From a virus, in IMG/VR virus record IMGVR_UViG_3300011113_000747, positions 64,001 to 128,000 of that record: DNA of 64,000 bases. One strand, 5' to 3'. The notes below the pieces were generated by a model. The model had not been told where the DNA came from. It did no database searches and saw nothing but the letters and a program-made list of their open reading frames with translations. This document shows, in pieces, positions 55,168 to 63,595 of the stretch (positions within the stretch are counted from its first letter, which is position 1; each line of letters begins with the position of its first letter). Position numbers and translations under genes: made by a program.

Positions 55168-57000
55168 ATGCCTTCTTATCTACACCTCACACCTGAAGCA
55201 CTTACTATGCGTTTTCGAACAAAACAGCAAGTAAAAAATTCAGATTTATGTGGTCTCGTTGATGATAATTTACCAGATGATTTGTTTATTTTAAAGGGTG
55301 ATGAGCTAGATATAGTAGAACCAGAAGGAACGTTAAATAAAGACTTTGCATTAGCTTTAGGTTTTAATCAAATAACCGACGCTAACAAAGCTAAACAAGT
55401 GGCTAAATTACTAGTATTAAATGGTCCGGGGTTGGACCCATACACAATTAATTATTATACTAGAAGATTAAAAAATGGACCATACGGCACCATTGTTACA
55501 ACACATATTCAAACTAATTTTATAGCAGCTGCAGGTGGTAATAACTACGTACCATTTCAAAACTCTTTAGGTAATATATCAGATGTAGATAATGATTTTG
55601 TTGCAACACTAAAGGAAAAACTAGGTGCACTAGATTGTTTTTTAACACCTGCAAATTATTTTAATTTTCAGGGTATATATGGCGCTTTAGCAGAAAAGCA
55701 AGGTACATGGAATTACACAACATCACCTGCATGGGATACCAACAACAAACAAACATTAGGTCAAGAAGGTTATCAAACTGCTAAAAAAATGCCACCCATT
55801 TTTCAGGCAGTTACTGGTGCTCTTAATTTTGCATCATTAGGTACATATAAAAAGGCTCTTAAATTATTTTACACAAAAGAGCAGCTTGAAAAGCAAAAAC
55901 AAGAATTTGAAGCAGCAAACTCTCAAAGAAAACAAACTAATGGTGATCAACTTACACCGGATATATCAACAGCAAAAGTTATACAAGAAGCTGCTACAGA
56001 TGTTTTAACTTCAATTGCACAATTTTTAGGAGATACTGTACGAATTTTTGAATTTAAAAATATTAACCCATACCAGTATGTTAACGACCCTATAAACCCT
56101 GGTAATAATGCGCAGCGCTCCCAACCACCCGGTATGGTAGGCCCACAACCAAGTGCTACAAATACACCACTTAATAAGTCCCTTGCATCAGCTGATATAA
56201 TAGTTAAAGATCAAAATATTTCTAATAGATTATTTGACTTTACAGTGGTTACGAACATACCACCATCTACCAATACATCAGCACCATATGCACCCAAACT
56301 TACCACCTATGAAAACTATTCCAGTGGTAATACAAACCCTGTTAGTGTATTTGTAAGTAAAGATTTAGGTCTGAACATAGGTACACAAGTATATAGTGAA
56401 AAATTAACGTTAAATGGTAAGATAATACCACTTGTGGTAAGTGGTTACATCCAAGACAGCAATGATACAACAAGAGTGCAAATACTTGCAAGTAATCCTA
56501 ATTTAGCTCTTAATGTACAAAGAAGTGCGTTAATAACAACTGACGATAAAGGTAATAATCAAGTGTGCGTTGCACCTTCACCTACTAGTTCATTTATCAC
56601 TCAAGAAGGTTATATACCAGGTAGTGTTAGAATCGATACCGATGGTATATCAAAACCACCATTTTATGATCCTGATTATCAGCCAAATACCTCCTATCTT
56701 AATGGGGTATTGGACGCTAACATAGATAACTATGTGGTTGTACCTATAGGTAGTGATATACCACTCGGAACAAGAGTAAAACTTACAAATACTATAACAA
56801 ATAAAACTATTAATGCATTTGTGGGTGATAGAGGACCATCACAGAATGGATTAGGTGAAATGTCTCTTAATGCAGCTCGTGAATTGGGTGTGTGGCCGGT
56901 ACCTGGAGCTAAAAATTTAAATTCTGCACTGCAAAATCAACCTATTAAATGGGAGTTTGATCTTACATCTCCTAAAGTAATTAAAAAAGATATAAGATAA
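55168..57000 (+). CDS. Putative baseplate-associated lytic protein with C-terminal GH75/DPBB-like domain
   Basis: IDTDG..., DP.YQPNTS, LDA....YVVVP, LGTRV, AFVGDRGP, GEMS..AA..LG; gp5-like position; start may be 55132. Confidence 0.6.
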   Translation: MPSYLHLTPEALTMRFRTKQQVKNSDLCGLVDDNLPDDLFILKGDELDIVEPEGTLNKDFALALGFNQITDANKAKQVAKLLVLNGPGLDPYTINYYTRRLKNGPYGTIVTTHIQTNFIAAAGGNNYVPFQNSLGNISDVDNDFVATLKEKLGALDCFLTPANYFNFQGIYGALAEKQGTWNYTTSPAWDTNNKQTLGQEGYQTAKKMPPIFQAVTGALNFASLGTYKKALKLFYTKEQLEKQKQEFEAANSQRKQTNGDQLTPDISTAKVIQEAATDVLTSIAQFLGDTVRIFEFKNINPYQYVNDPINPGNNAQRSQPPGMVGPQPSATNTPLNKSLASADIIVKDQNISNRLFDFTVVTNIPPSTNTSAPYAPKLTTYENYSSGNTNPVSVFVSKDLGLNIGTQVYSEKLTLNGKIIPLVVSGYIQDSNDTTRVQILASNPNLALNVQRSALITTDDKGNNQVCVAPSPTSSFITQEGYIPGSVRIDTDGISKPPFYDPDYQPNTSYLNGVLDANIDNYVVVPIGSDIPLGTRVKLTNTITNKTINAFVGDRGPSQNGLGEMSLNAARELGVWPVPGAKNLNSALQNQPIKWEFDLTSPKVIKKDIR

Positions 57001-57002
57001 GA

Positions 57003-57467
57003 TTAACCAATATCGGTAGGTGTTACATCTCTGATATTTTCACTATCTGCAATAAGCTGTTTCATTAAATCTTCTCTAGAAAGAAGTAGTCTAGTCTGAT
57101 TATCTTGGATATTCATCTCTTTACGAGCTTTAATATCCATTTCTTTAAGTTCAACAGAAGTCTTAATCTTCTCTTTAGATTGTAATAGCTTATTCAATGA
57201 CTCTAGAGCTGCTGATGACGCTTTAACTACTTCAGCAAATGCTAATATTTCTCTATCACTAGCACCAGCTTGAATATAATCTTTAAGATTTTCAACTGCC
57301 TCCATTGATTGTGTTACCAACGTAGCAGAGTTATCAAGTACAAATTTTTCCAAGTTTTCAGCTGCTAACTCGGTTTTTGTAGATTGGGGTGGTTTGGTTG
57401 TTAGAGATGATTGTAATTGATCTAGTATTGAATCGCCTATTTTCTCTAATTCGTCATCATTTTCCAT
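57003..57467 (-). CDS. gp16: Terminase small subunit gp16-like
   Basis: S.REI.AFAEVVK..., MNIQDNQ...LSREDLMKQL parallel T4 gp16; TAAATA 5 nt upstream. Confidence 0.65.
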   Translation of the reverse strand: MENDDELEKIGDSILDQLQSSLTTKPPQSTKTELAAENLEKFVLDNSATLVTQSMEAVENLKDYIQAGASDREILAFAEVVKASSAALESLNKLLQSKEKIKTSVELKEMDIKARKEMNIQDNQTRLLLSREDLMKQLIADSENIRDVTPTDIG

Positions 57468-57484
57468 TTAAATTATTTAGTTGG

Positions 57485-57512
57485 TTGATTTCAAAAACAA
57501 CTATGGTATAAT
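57485..57512 (+). promoter_or_regulatory. Sigma70-like promoter of dut
   Basis: TTGATT-N16-TATAAT, 6 nt before ATG 57519. Confidence 0.72.
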
Positions 57513-57518
57513 TAGTTT

Positions 57519-57971
57519 ATGAACGAAGAAAGTTATCAACCACCGAATTATAAGTTAGTTTTTGAAAAGACACACCCTGATGCAAAGCTTCCAGTGAAGA
57601 ATCATGATAATGATACAGGCTTTGATGTATTTTGTGTAGAAGATAAATTAATCCCAGCTAGAGGTTCTGCAGTTGTTGATGTTGGTCTTAAATTTGCAAA
57701 CATCCCTCATGGATATTGGGTAAAGGTTGAAGGTCGATCTGGTCTTGGATTTAAGCATGGTATTATTCCGCATCCTGGTATTATCGATAACGGTTACAGA
57801 GGTAATGCTGGTATTAAACTTTACAATCAAACTGATATTGATTACAATGTAAAGGCTGGTGATCGTATTGCTCAGTTTGTTCTTTACCCGCTTGTCTCTT
57901 GTCATGTAGAGTTTGGTGAGGTGCAAGAAACATCTCGTGGTGAAAAAGGTTTTGGATCTTCAGGAAATTAA
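57519..57971 (+). CDS. dut: Trimeric dUTPase
   Basis: GFDV, RSG, GIID.GYRG, RIAQ, RGEKGFGSSG motifs. Confidence 0.95.
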   Translation: MNEESYQPPNYKLVFEKTHPDAKLPVKNHDNDTGFDVFCVEDKLIPARGSAVVDVGLKFANIPHGYWVKVEGRSGLGFKHGIIPHPGIIDNGYRGNAGIKLYNQTDIDYNVKAGDRIAQFVLYPLVSCHVEFGEVQETSRGEKGFGSSGN

Positions 57972-57980
57972 TTATACTAT

Positions 57981-58082
57981 ATGGGAAAGATACAAAAAGT
58001 TAAAGAGGTAATTCGTAAAGGATATAAAATTCGCAAAACAGTTACCATCACCAAAAAACGCGTCACTAAAAAGAAAAAATGA
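57981..58082 (+). CDS. 33-aa highly basic peptide (below ORF-track cutoff)
   Basis: MGKIQKVKEVIRKGYKIRKTVTITKKRVTKKKK; fills the dut-gp44 gap; TGA overlaps the gp44 ATG. Confidence 0.6.
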   Translation: MGKIQKVKEVIRKGYKIRKTVTITKKRVTKKKK

Positions 58083-59008
58083 ATTTAGATAAAATCTGGG
58101 TAGAAAAGTATAGACCGAAAACTATTGATGAACTCATTGTTGAAGAAGATATTAAGTCCATTGTTAGAGACTTTGGTAAAAATGAGCAGATCCCTAATCT
58201 GCTTTTTGTTGGTTCACCAGGCACAGGTAAGACTTCTCTTGCAAAGATTCTAGTTCATGATGTATTGAAATGCAATTATCTTTACATTAATGCATCTGAT
58301 GAGAATGGTATTGATACTATTCGAAGCAAGGTGAGTAACTTTGCTCAAACTAGATCGTTTGATGGTAAAGTTAAGGTTGTTATTCTAGATGAGGCTGATG
58401 GTATTACTGCTCAAGGTCAGCAAGCTCTTCGTAACTTGATGGAGAGTTATAGTGGATATACACGTTTTATTCTTACTGCTAACTTCAAGCATAAGATTAT
58501 TACACCATTGCAATCTCGCTGTCAGAGTCTTAGTCTTAAACCTTCTGTTGAACAAGCAGTCAAACGTTGTTTCTCTATTCTTAAACAAGAGAATATTGAA
58601 CTAGAAGATGATCAGAAGAAGAGGTTTGTCGAGTTAGTTAAAAACTTCTTTCCGGATCTTCGCAAGACAATCAACGAACTTCAGAAGAGTGTTGTAGATG
58701 GTAAGCTTGTTATCAAGCATACACATATTGATAACGAAATTATCAAGACTATTTGCAATTATGTTAATAGTAAACAAACTTTAGAAGCTCGTAAATACTA
58801 TATTGCTAACGAAGATAAGTTTCAGAACGATTACCAAACGTTAATGAAGCAACTTCTTGAATATGTTTATACAGCAGATCTTGCTGAATACAAAAAGAAA
58901 GAGATGATTGCTATTATTGCAGAACATCTCTATCGTAGTGTGTTTGTTGTTGATGGTGAAATTAACTTCTTTGCATGTTTGATTACATGTGAGAAAGTTA
59001 TACCATAA
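58079..59008 (+). CDS. gp44: Clamp loader AAA+ subunit gp44
   Basis: WVEKYRP, GSPGTGKT, INASD.NGID.IR, ILDEAD, SRC, PDLRK.IN. Confidence 0.93.
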   Translation: MNLDKIWVEKYRPKTIDELIVEEDIKSIVRDFGKNEQIPNLLFVGSPGTGKTSLAKILVHDVLKCNYLYINASDENGIDTIRSKVSNFAQTRSFDGKVKVVILDEADGITAQGQQALRNLMESYSGYTRFILTANFKHKIITPLQSRCQSLSLKPSVEQAVKRCFSILKQENIELEDDQKKRFVELVKNFFPDLRKTINELQKSVVDGKLVIKHTHIDNEIIKTICNYVNSKQTLEARKYYIANEDKFQNDYQTLMKQLLEYVYTADLAEYKKKEMIAIIAEHLYRSVFVVDGEINFFACLITCEKVIP

Positions 59009-59701
59009 TTACATATCGTCTAAAGCTTTTTGTAAAAACTTTATACCGTCAGCTCTTTGCGCTGGATTTGCCAATAACGCCATTATCTGAGTAAGAGATT
59101 TTTGATTACCATCTGTATCTTCTAATTTATAGGTAGAAGCGCTACCTGGTGGTTGTGTCCAATCACCAATTAAAGCTTTAAGTTTATTTTTCTGTGGTGC
59201 AGTAAGTGTGCCAACTGTTTTATATGTATTGATAATATTCTGCAATGCAACTTTATCACCTGAAGCACCACCACCGCTCATATCTCTCATAGCAAATGCA
59301 ACTGTAATTGCTTCATTAATGTTTTTATCAGTTATAACAGGGGCAGCAAGATATGAACTAAGTGCTGGGTCATTTACATCAGCGCGTATTACATTTTTGA
59401 TAAAATTAGTTACAAATTGTTTATCCGCACCAGTTTTATCATTATATTTTACCCGTTTACTTTGTAAAAATAAAGTTTCAAATTGAGCTTTAGCTTTATT
59501 AATTTGTTGTTGAGATTCTTGATTTGACTCTATTCGTTCTTTTGCACCAGCAAAAGCATAACCAAGAATTGGAATATTAGATGCTTTATTAATTAAATTG
59601 CTTTTAAATCCCTGAAGCATTCTATCCCCCATACCTTGAGGTGCCTTTTCAAGCATCTTCACATAGGCTTCAGCGATTAAGTGTTGATCATATCTATTCA
59701 T
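59009..59701 (-). CDS. Hypothetical protein, putative internal head protein
   Basis: MNRYDQHLIAEAYVKMLE; ATGA-coupled to upstream gene. Confidence 0.65.
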   Translation of the reverse strand: MNRYDQHLIAEAYVKMLEKAPQGMGDRMLQGFKSNLINKASNIPILGYAFAGAKERIESNQESQQQINKAKAQFETLFLQSKRVKYNDKTGADKQFVTNFIKNVIRADVNDPALSSYLAAPVITDKNINEAITVAFAMRDMSGGGASGDKVALQNIINTYKTVGTLTAPQKNKLKALIGDWTQPPGSASTYKLEDTDGNQKSLTQIMALLANPAQRADGIKFLQKALDDM

Positions 59702-60285
59702 TTTTTTAACCCCTTTAAATATTCTTTAGTATAAGAATTTACCTGCATTGATTTTGTAGCAGGCTTACTTGAAAGAGTAACATTAGTATTACGAAGTTTT
59801 CTATCACCAAAACCAAGCTTACCATTACCCTTTACATCAGAGTTATTAACGTAAGCTTCTTCATCTGATTCGAGCTCTTCTGGCTTGATATTAACCTTAT
59901 GCTTAATTTCACGTTCAGGTGAAAGTGGGTTGAGATTTGGATATACATCATCTCTAACTAAAAGTGACGGGCAAATGGAAAGATAATCACTATAACGACC
60001 TCCAGCTTGGTCTAAGGCAATATCAACAACGAAATCAAATCCAGAGCTTTGTGGATTCGCTGGGTTAGCATTAGGTTTATAGGATTTAACATTAACAATA
60101 CGCATGTTAAGACCTGAGCTAATCATGTTATCAATAATTGTTTTAATATCATCATTAAGCTCTTTATATGCTTCTTTAGACTTAAAGCCGTCGCTAAACT
60201 TCACGTAATCTCCAACGAGAAAACCACCATTACGCTGATATCTTTGATATACAGATTCAAAAAGCTTGATAAATTTCTTTTCCAT
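59698..60285 (-). CDS. Hypothetical late protein
   Basis: MEKKFIKLFESVY; TAAATA at 60299-60294. Confidence 0.65.
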   Translation of the reverse strand: MEKKFIKLFESVYQRYQRNGGFLVGDYVKFSDGFKSKEAYKELNDDIKTIIDNMISSGLNMRIVNVKSYKPNANPANPQSSGFDFVVDIALDQAGGRYSDYLSICPSLLVRDDVYPNLNPLSPEREIKHKVNIKPEELESDEEAYVNNSDVKGNGKLGFGDRKLRNTNVTLSSKPATKSMQVNSYTKEYLKGLKK

Positions 60286-60320
60286 TATGATTATATTTAT
60301 GGCTTTTCATAAATAATCAT

Positions 60321-61793
60321 ATGACATTTGCAGAATTAGCTCAGAAAATTATCGGTGAAGCAACTACTCCTGATCCAAGAGGTTTAAGAACATCACGCGT
60401 CGGCGCTAGTGATTTCAATCCAATTATTAGACCAGATAAAGATAGAGGTCTTAAAGCAGGTAAGGATGCTCCAGGAGCAGGTGGTGTCGCTGCTAAAAAG
60501 CAACTTAGAAATGCTTTTAGGTTACTCCGAAATGATTCAGATCTTTCTTCAGAAGTTAATGACATTCTTGCTGATTATGCAAGCAAAAGAATGAGTATTA
60601 GCCATGAAGATGAAGTGGTTATCAGAAACAATATTGCTAATATTGACGATAACTCTGCAAAACTTAACAATTATGCTAAAGCTTTGCAGGATCACAATGA
60701 AGGTAAAGCTGTTCTCTCTGATCCAGATAATGTAAAATCAAAGATTCAAGGTCTTAAAGGTGAAATTGCTGATAAAAAAGCTGAACTCAAAGCAGTTCTT
60801 GATAAGGTTGAGTTTTATGCAGAAGATAATGAAGTATTAGAACAAAATCTTCGTAAAAAACTTACAAGGGTTGTTAAGCAAGCAGCTCAAAAATTAATTG
60901 ACAAACTTTCAACACCACAACAACAAGTTTCACAAGTCACATCACTTGATCAACTTGATAAGTTAGTTGCAACTGATGAAGAATTACAGCAACAAGAAAC
61001 AAAATTAGCTGTATTGAAGAGCTTAACAGATGAAAGTCCACAAAATAACATCTTGTTACGTTTCTTAGATTTATTTCTTAACAAATATGAAGATTACAAG
61101 AGTGGTTTATCAATGTCTGGTCCGCTTGCTACCATTGAACTTAACAAAGAGTTTAACAGATTACCACTTTCAGTGTTTGCTAACTTCTATAATTCATCTG
61201 TGAAGGATGCATCTGAAATTAAGTTACTTCCTGCATCTAAAGGAACACAAGCACTTTCAGGTGGCTTCAGAGGCTCACAAGCTGGTAAGAAAGCTGTTAG
61301 CCCTGTTGTTATGCAAGCTAAGAAATTACTTGATGGTAATTTTGGCTCTGGTCAACAAGGTGCTATGCTAAGTGCACTTAGCATGTTCAATAAGGGTGGT
61401 GCTGGTCCAAAAACAATGGAAAAGCTTCGTGCTATTGCTAATGATATTATCAATGGTGTTGAAGGTTCACCTGCTAGACTTGCAAGTATTGTATATGGTA
61501 ACGAAGGTCCAATCACTGAATCATTCAATGATCTTGTAGAACATTATCTTACAGAAGCTAAGAAAGGCGCTCGTTGCACTAAGGTTACAGGGCAGCAAGC
61601 TTCTTCACGCTCAGATAAGAAATATATGAGATGCGCGAGAGTTGATGGTAAGCTTAAGAGAATTCACTATGGTGATCCAAACTTAAGAATCAAGAAGTCC
61701 AATCCTAAGAAGCGTAAGTCTTTTAGAGCACGTCATAAGTGCTCATCTGCTAAACCAGGTACCGCTAAGTATTACTCTTGCAAGAATTGGTAA
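60321..61793 (+). CDS. Hypothetical late protein, coiled coil plus basic Cys-containing C-terminal module
   Basis: TAAATA 5 nt upstream; ends GDPNLRIKKSNPKKRKSFRARHKC...YYSCKNW, a module familiar from T4-like phages. Confidence 0.72.
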   Translation: MTFAELAQKIIGEATTPDPRGLRTSRVGASDFNPIIRPDKDRGLKAGKDAPGAGGVAAKKQLRNAFRLLRNDSDLSSEVNDILADYASKRMSISHEDEVVIRNNIANIDDNSAKLNNYAKALQDHNEGKAVLSDPDNVKSKIQGLKGEIADKKAELKAVLDKVEFYAEDNEVLEQNLRKKLTRVVKQAAQKLIDKLSTPQQQVSQVTSLDQLDKLVATDEELQQQETKLAVLKSLTDESPQNNILLRFLDLFLNKYEDYKSGLSMSGPLATIELNKEFNRLPLSVFANFYNSSVKDASEIKLLPASKGTQALSGGFRGSQAGKKAVSPVVMQAKKLLDGNFGSGQQGAMLSALSMFNKGGAGPKTMEKLRAIANDIINGVEGSPARLASIVYGNEGPITESFNDLVEHYLTEAKKGARCTKVTGQQASSRSDKKYMRCARVDGKLKRIHYGDPNLRIKKSNPKKRKSFRARHKCSSAKPGTAKYYSCKNW

Positions 61794-61820
61794 TAACACA
61801 ACATTTAACTAAATAATAAT

Positions 61821-62459
61821 ATGCCAGCAAAATCAGAAAAACAACGCAAATTCTTCGGCGCAGTAATGGGTGCTAAAAAGGGTAAAGGTAGTAAGGTAAA
61901 AGGTGCTGCTAAAAAGGTAGCTAAAGAAATGCCTGAAAAAGAGATTAAAAAGTTTCTTAAGAAAGAATCTTATGATGACCTCGTAAATGAATATCTTAAA
62001 ACCTACCTTCTTGAGATGGACGTAAGACAAGATCCAAGAGAAGGTTTTGATGGTGATCCATTTGTTGACCCAACTGAAGATATGGGTGAAGGTAAAATGT
62101 CGGTTGAAGAAATGCGTGAAGTTGTAGCAAGAGAAGCTGGTGAAGAAGAAGCTGCTGCAATGTCAGATAACGAAATTCAACGATATTATTATGCTGTTGT
62201 TGGTGTACCAGAAGGTAATATTACACCACAAGAAATGTATGATGTGGTAGCAGCAGAAGTTGGTGAACAAAAAGCATCAATGATGTCTGGTGAAGAAATT
62301 AAACAATATTACTATGATGTTGTTGGTTCTTACCCACCAGATGAAGATTACGAAGAAGAGTGTGAAAGCGCTAAGCAGGGTTGTGATTGTGGTGGATGCC
62401 CTGCATGCAGCAAAAACGATGAAAATAAGATGCTTAAATTTTACGGTTTCTCAAAATGA
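61821..62459 (+). CDS. DUF3008-like N-terminus with acidic tandem repeat
   Basis: MPAKSEKQRKFFGAVMGAKKG; two copies of EM..VVA.E.GE..A..MS..EI..YYY.VVG. Confidence 0.65.
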   Translation: MPAKSEKQRKFFGAVMGAKKGKGSKVKGAAKKVAKEMPEKEIKKFLKKESYDDLVNEYLKTYLLEMDVRQDPREGFDGDPFVDPTEDMGEGKMSVEEMREVVAREAGEEEAAAMSDNEIQRYYYAVVGVPEGNITPQEMYDVVAAEVGEQKASMMSGEEIKQYYYDVVGSYPPDEDYEEECESAKQGCDCGGCPACSKNDENKMLKFYGFSK

Positions 62460-62833
62460 AAGATTATAACAATACATTCACTAAGTTAATGGAGCAATAT
62501 GCTGGTGAGTCTCCATATACAAGAGAAGAGCTTGAAGGTCTTATCGCCGATTTAAGTGCAATGGTGAACAACCCTGCAGTTAAACTAACAAAAGATCAAG
62601 TTGTTGCTAAACTTAAAGGTTATATTAATATGCTTAATGATACACCTGAAAATAAGCTTGATATGGAATATCTAGCTAGAGGTACAGGTGAACCAGTAAT
62701 GGAAGCAAAGCAAAAAAAAACTAAGAAAGACGCTTGCTACCATAAAGCAAAAGCTAAGTATGATGTTTTTCCAAGTGCTTATGCTAGTGGGTATATCTCC
62801 AAATGCCGTAAGCGTAAAGGTAAAATAAAATGA
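62456..62833 (+). CDS. Hypothetical protein with basic DACY..AK..Y.V.PSAYASG module
   Basis: Module familiar from T4-like phage small late proteins; ATGA coupling. Confidence 0.68.
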   Translation: MKDYNNTFTKLMEQYAGESPYTREELEGLIADLSAMVNNPAVKLTKDQVVAKLKGYINMLNDTPENKLDMEYLARGTGEPVMEAKQKKTKKDACYHKAKAKYDVFPSAYASGYISKCRKRKGKIK

Positions 62834-63084
62834 TTACGTTTGCTGAATTTTTTACTGAGAATCTTCGCGATTGGTTCAAATCACATCGCGATCCTAAAAC
62901 TGGTAAAAAATTCAAAGGGTGGATTAATTGTAAAACAGGAGGCCCTTGTGGTAGAAATAATACTAATAAAGGGTCTTACCCTGCATGTAGACCTACTAGA
63001 CAGCAGTGTAAAAAAATAAAAGGTAAGATGTATAAGAAAAAAGGACCAAAACGTGTCCAATGGAAGAGTAAGAAGAAAGACTAG
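62830..63084 (+). CDS. Small basic Cys-containing protein with capsid-targeting-like N-terminus
   Basis: MITFAEFFTE then LRDWF...CGR...YPACRP. Confidence 0.7.
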   Translation: MITFAEFFTENLRDWFKSHRDPKTGKKFKGWINCKTGGPCGRNNTNKGSYPACRPTRQQCKKIKGKMYKKKGPKRVQWKSKKKD

Positions 63085-63100
63085 TCATTAAATAATATAA

Positions 63101-63595
63101 ATGGCAGTCAAATTAGACTTTTTACAACCTAGTGATTTTTCGAGGAATCTCGCAGATAATACTTACCTGTTTAAAGATCTTGCTCTTGACCTTGAACTGG
63201 AATATGCTAATACAGTTGAGCTTTTATCTCAACCTACGTTTAACGATGCAAAAGCAATATATGATACTGAATCAGTATTACAATCGTTACGTAATATTTT
63301 TAACACCCTACCAGGACAAAAAATTCTAAATCCAACTTTTGGTTTAGACTTAAGAAGTTTTTTATTTAACCAGGCAAACAATAGAACAGGGTATGTTTTA
63401 GCTTTAACTATAAGTAAGCAGTTACCTATATTGGAACCTAGAATTTCAATCACTAGTGTGGATGTTGATGTGTTTCCTGATGATCTTACATATGAAGTAA
63501 ACATTTTTTTCAGGATCCCAAGCTTAGAAACCACACCATCTAAGCCACTAAATATTAAGGTTCAATTTAACAAAAACGGATTTACAATTGTATGA
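63101..63595 (+). CDS. gp25: Baseplate wedge gp25
   Basis: SV.QSLRNIFNT.PG.KILNPTFG.DL..FLF, EPRI. Confidence 0.88.
   Translation: MAVKLDFLQPSDFSRNLADNTYLFKDLALDLELEYANTVELLSQPTFNDAKAIYDTESVLQSLRNIFNTLPGQKILNPTFGLDLRSFLFNQANNRTGYVLALTISKQLPILEPRISITSVDVDVFPDDLTYEVNIFFRIPSLETTPSKPLNIKVQFNKNGFTIV

Noticed and set aside
2207-63534. Many 60-220 aa ORFs antisense or out-of-frame within long genes (e.g. 2207-2593, 14027-14467, 20169-20555, 50654-51304, 53743-54240)
   Set aside because: Shadow ORFs of well-supported genes; no motifs, promoters or coupling
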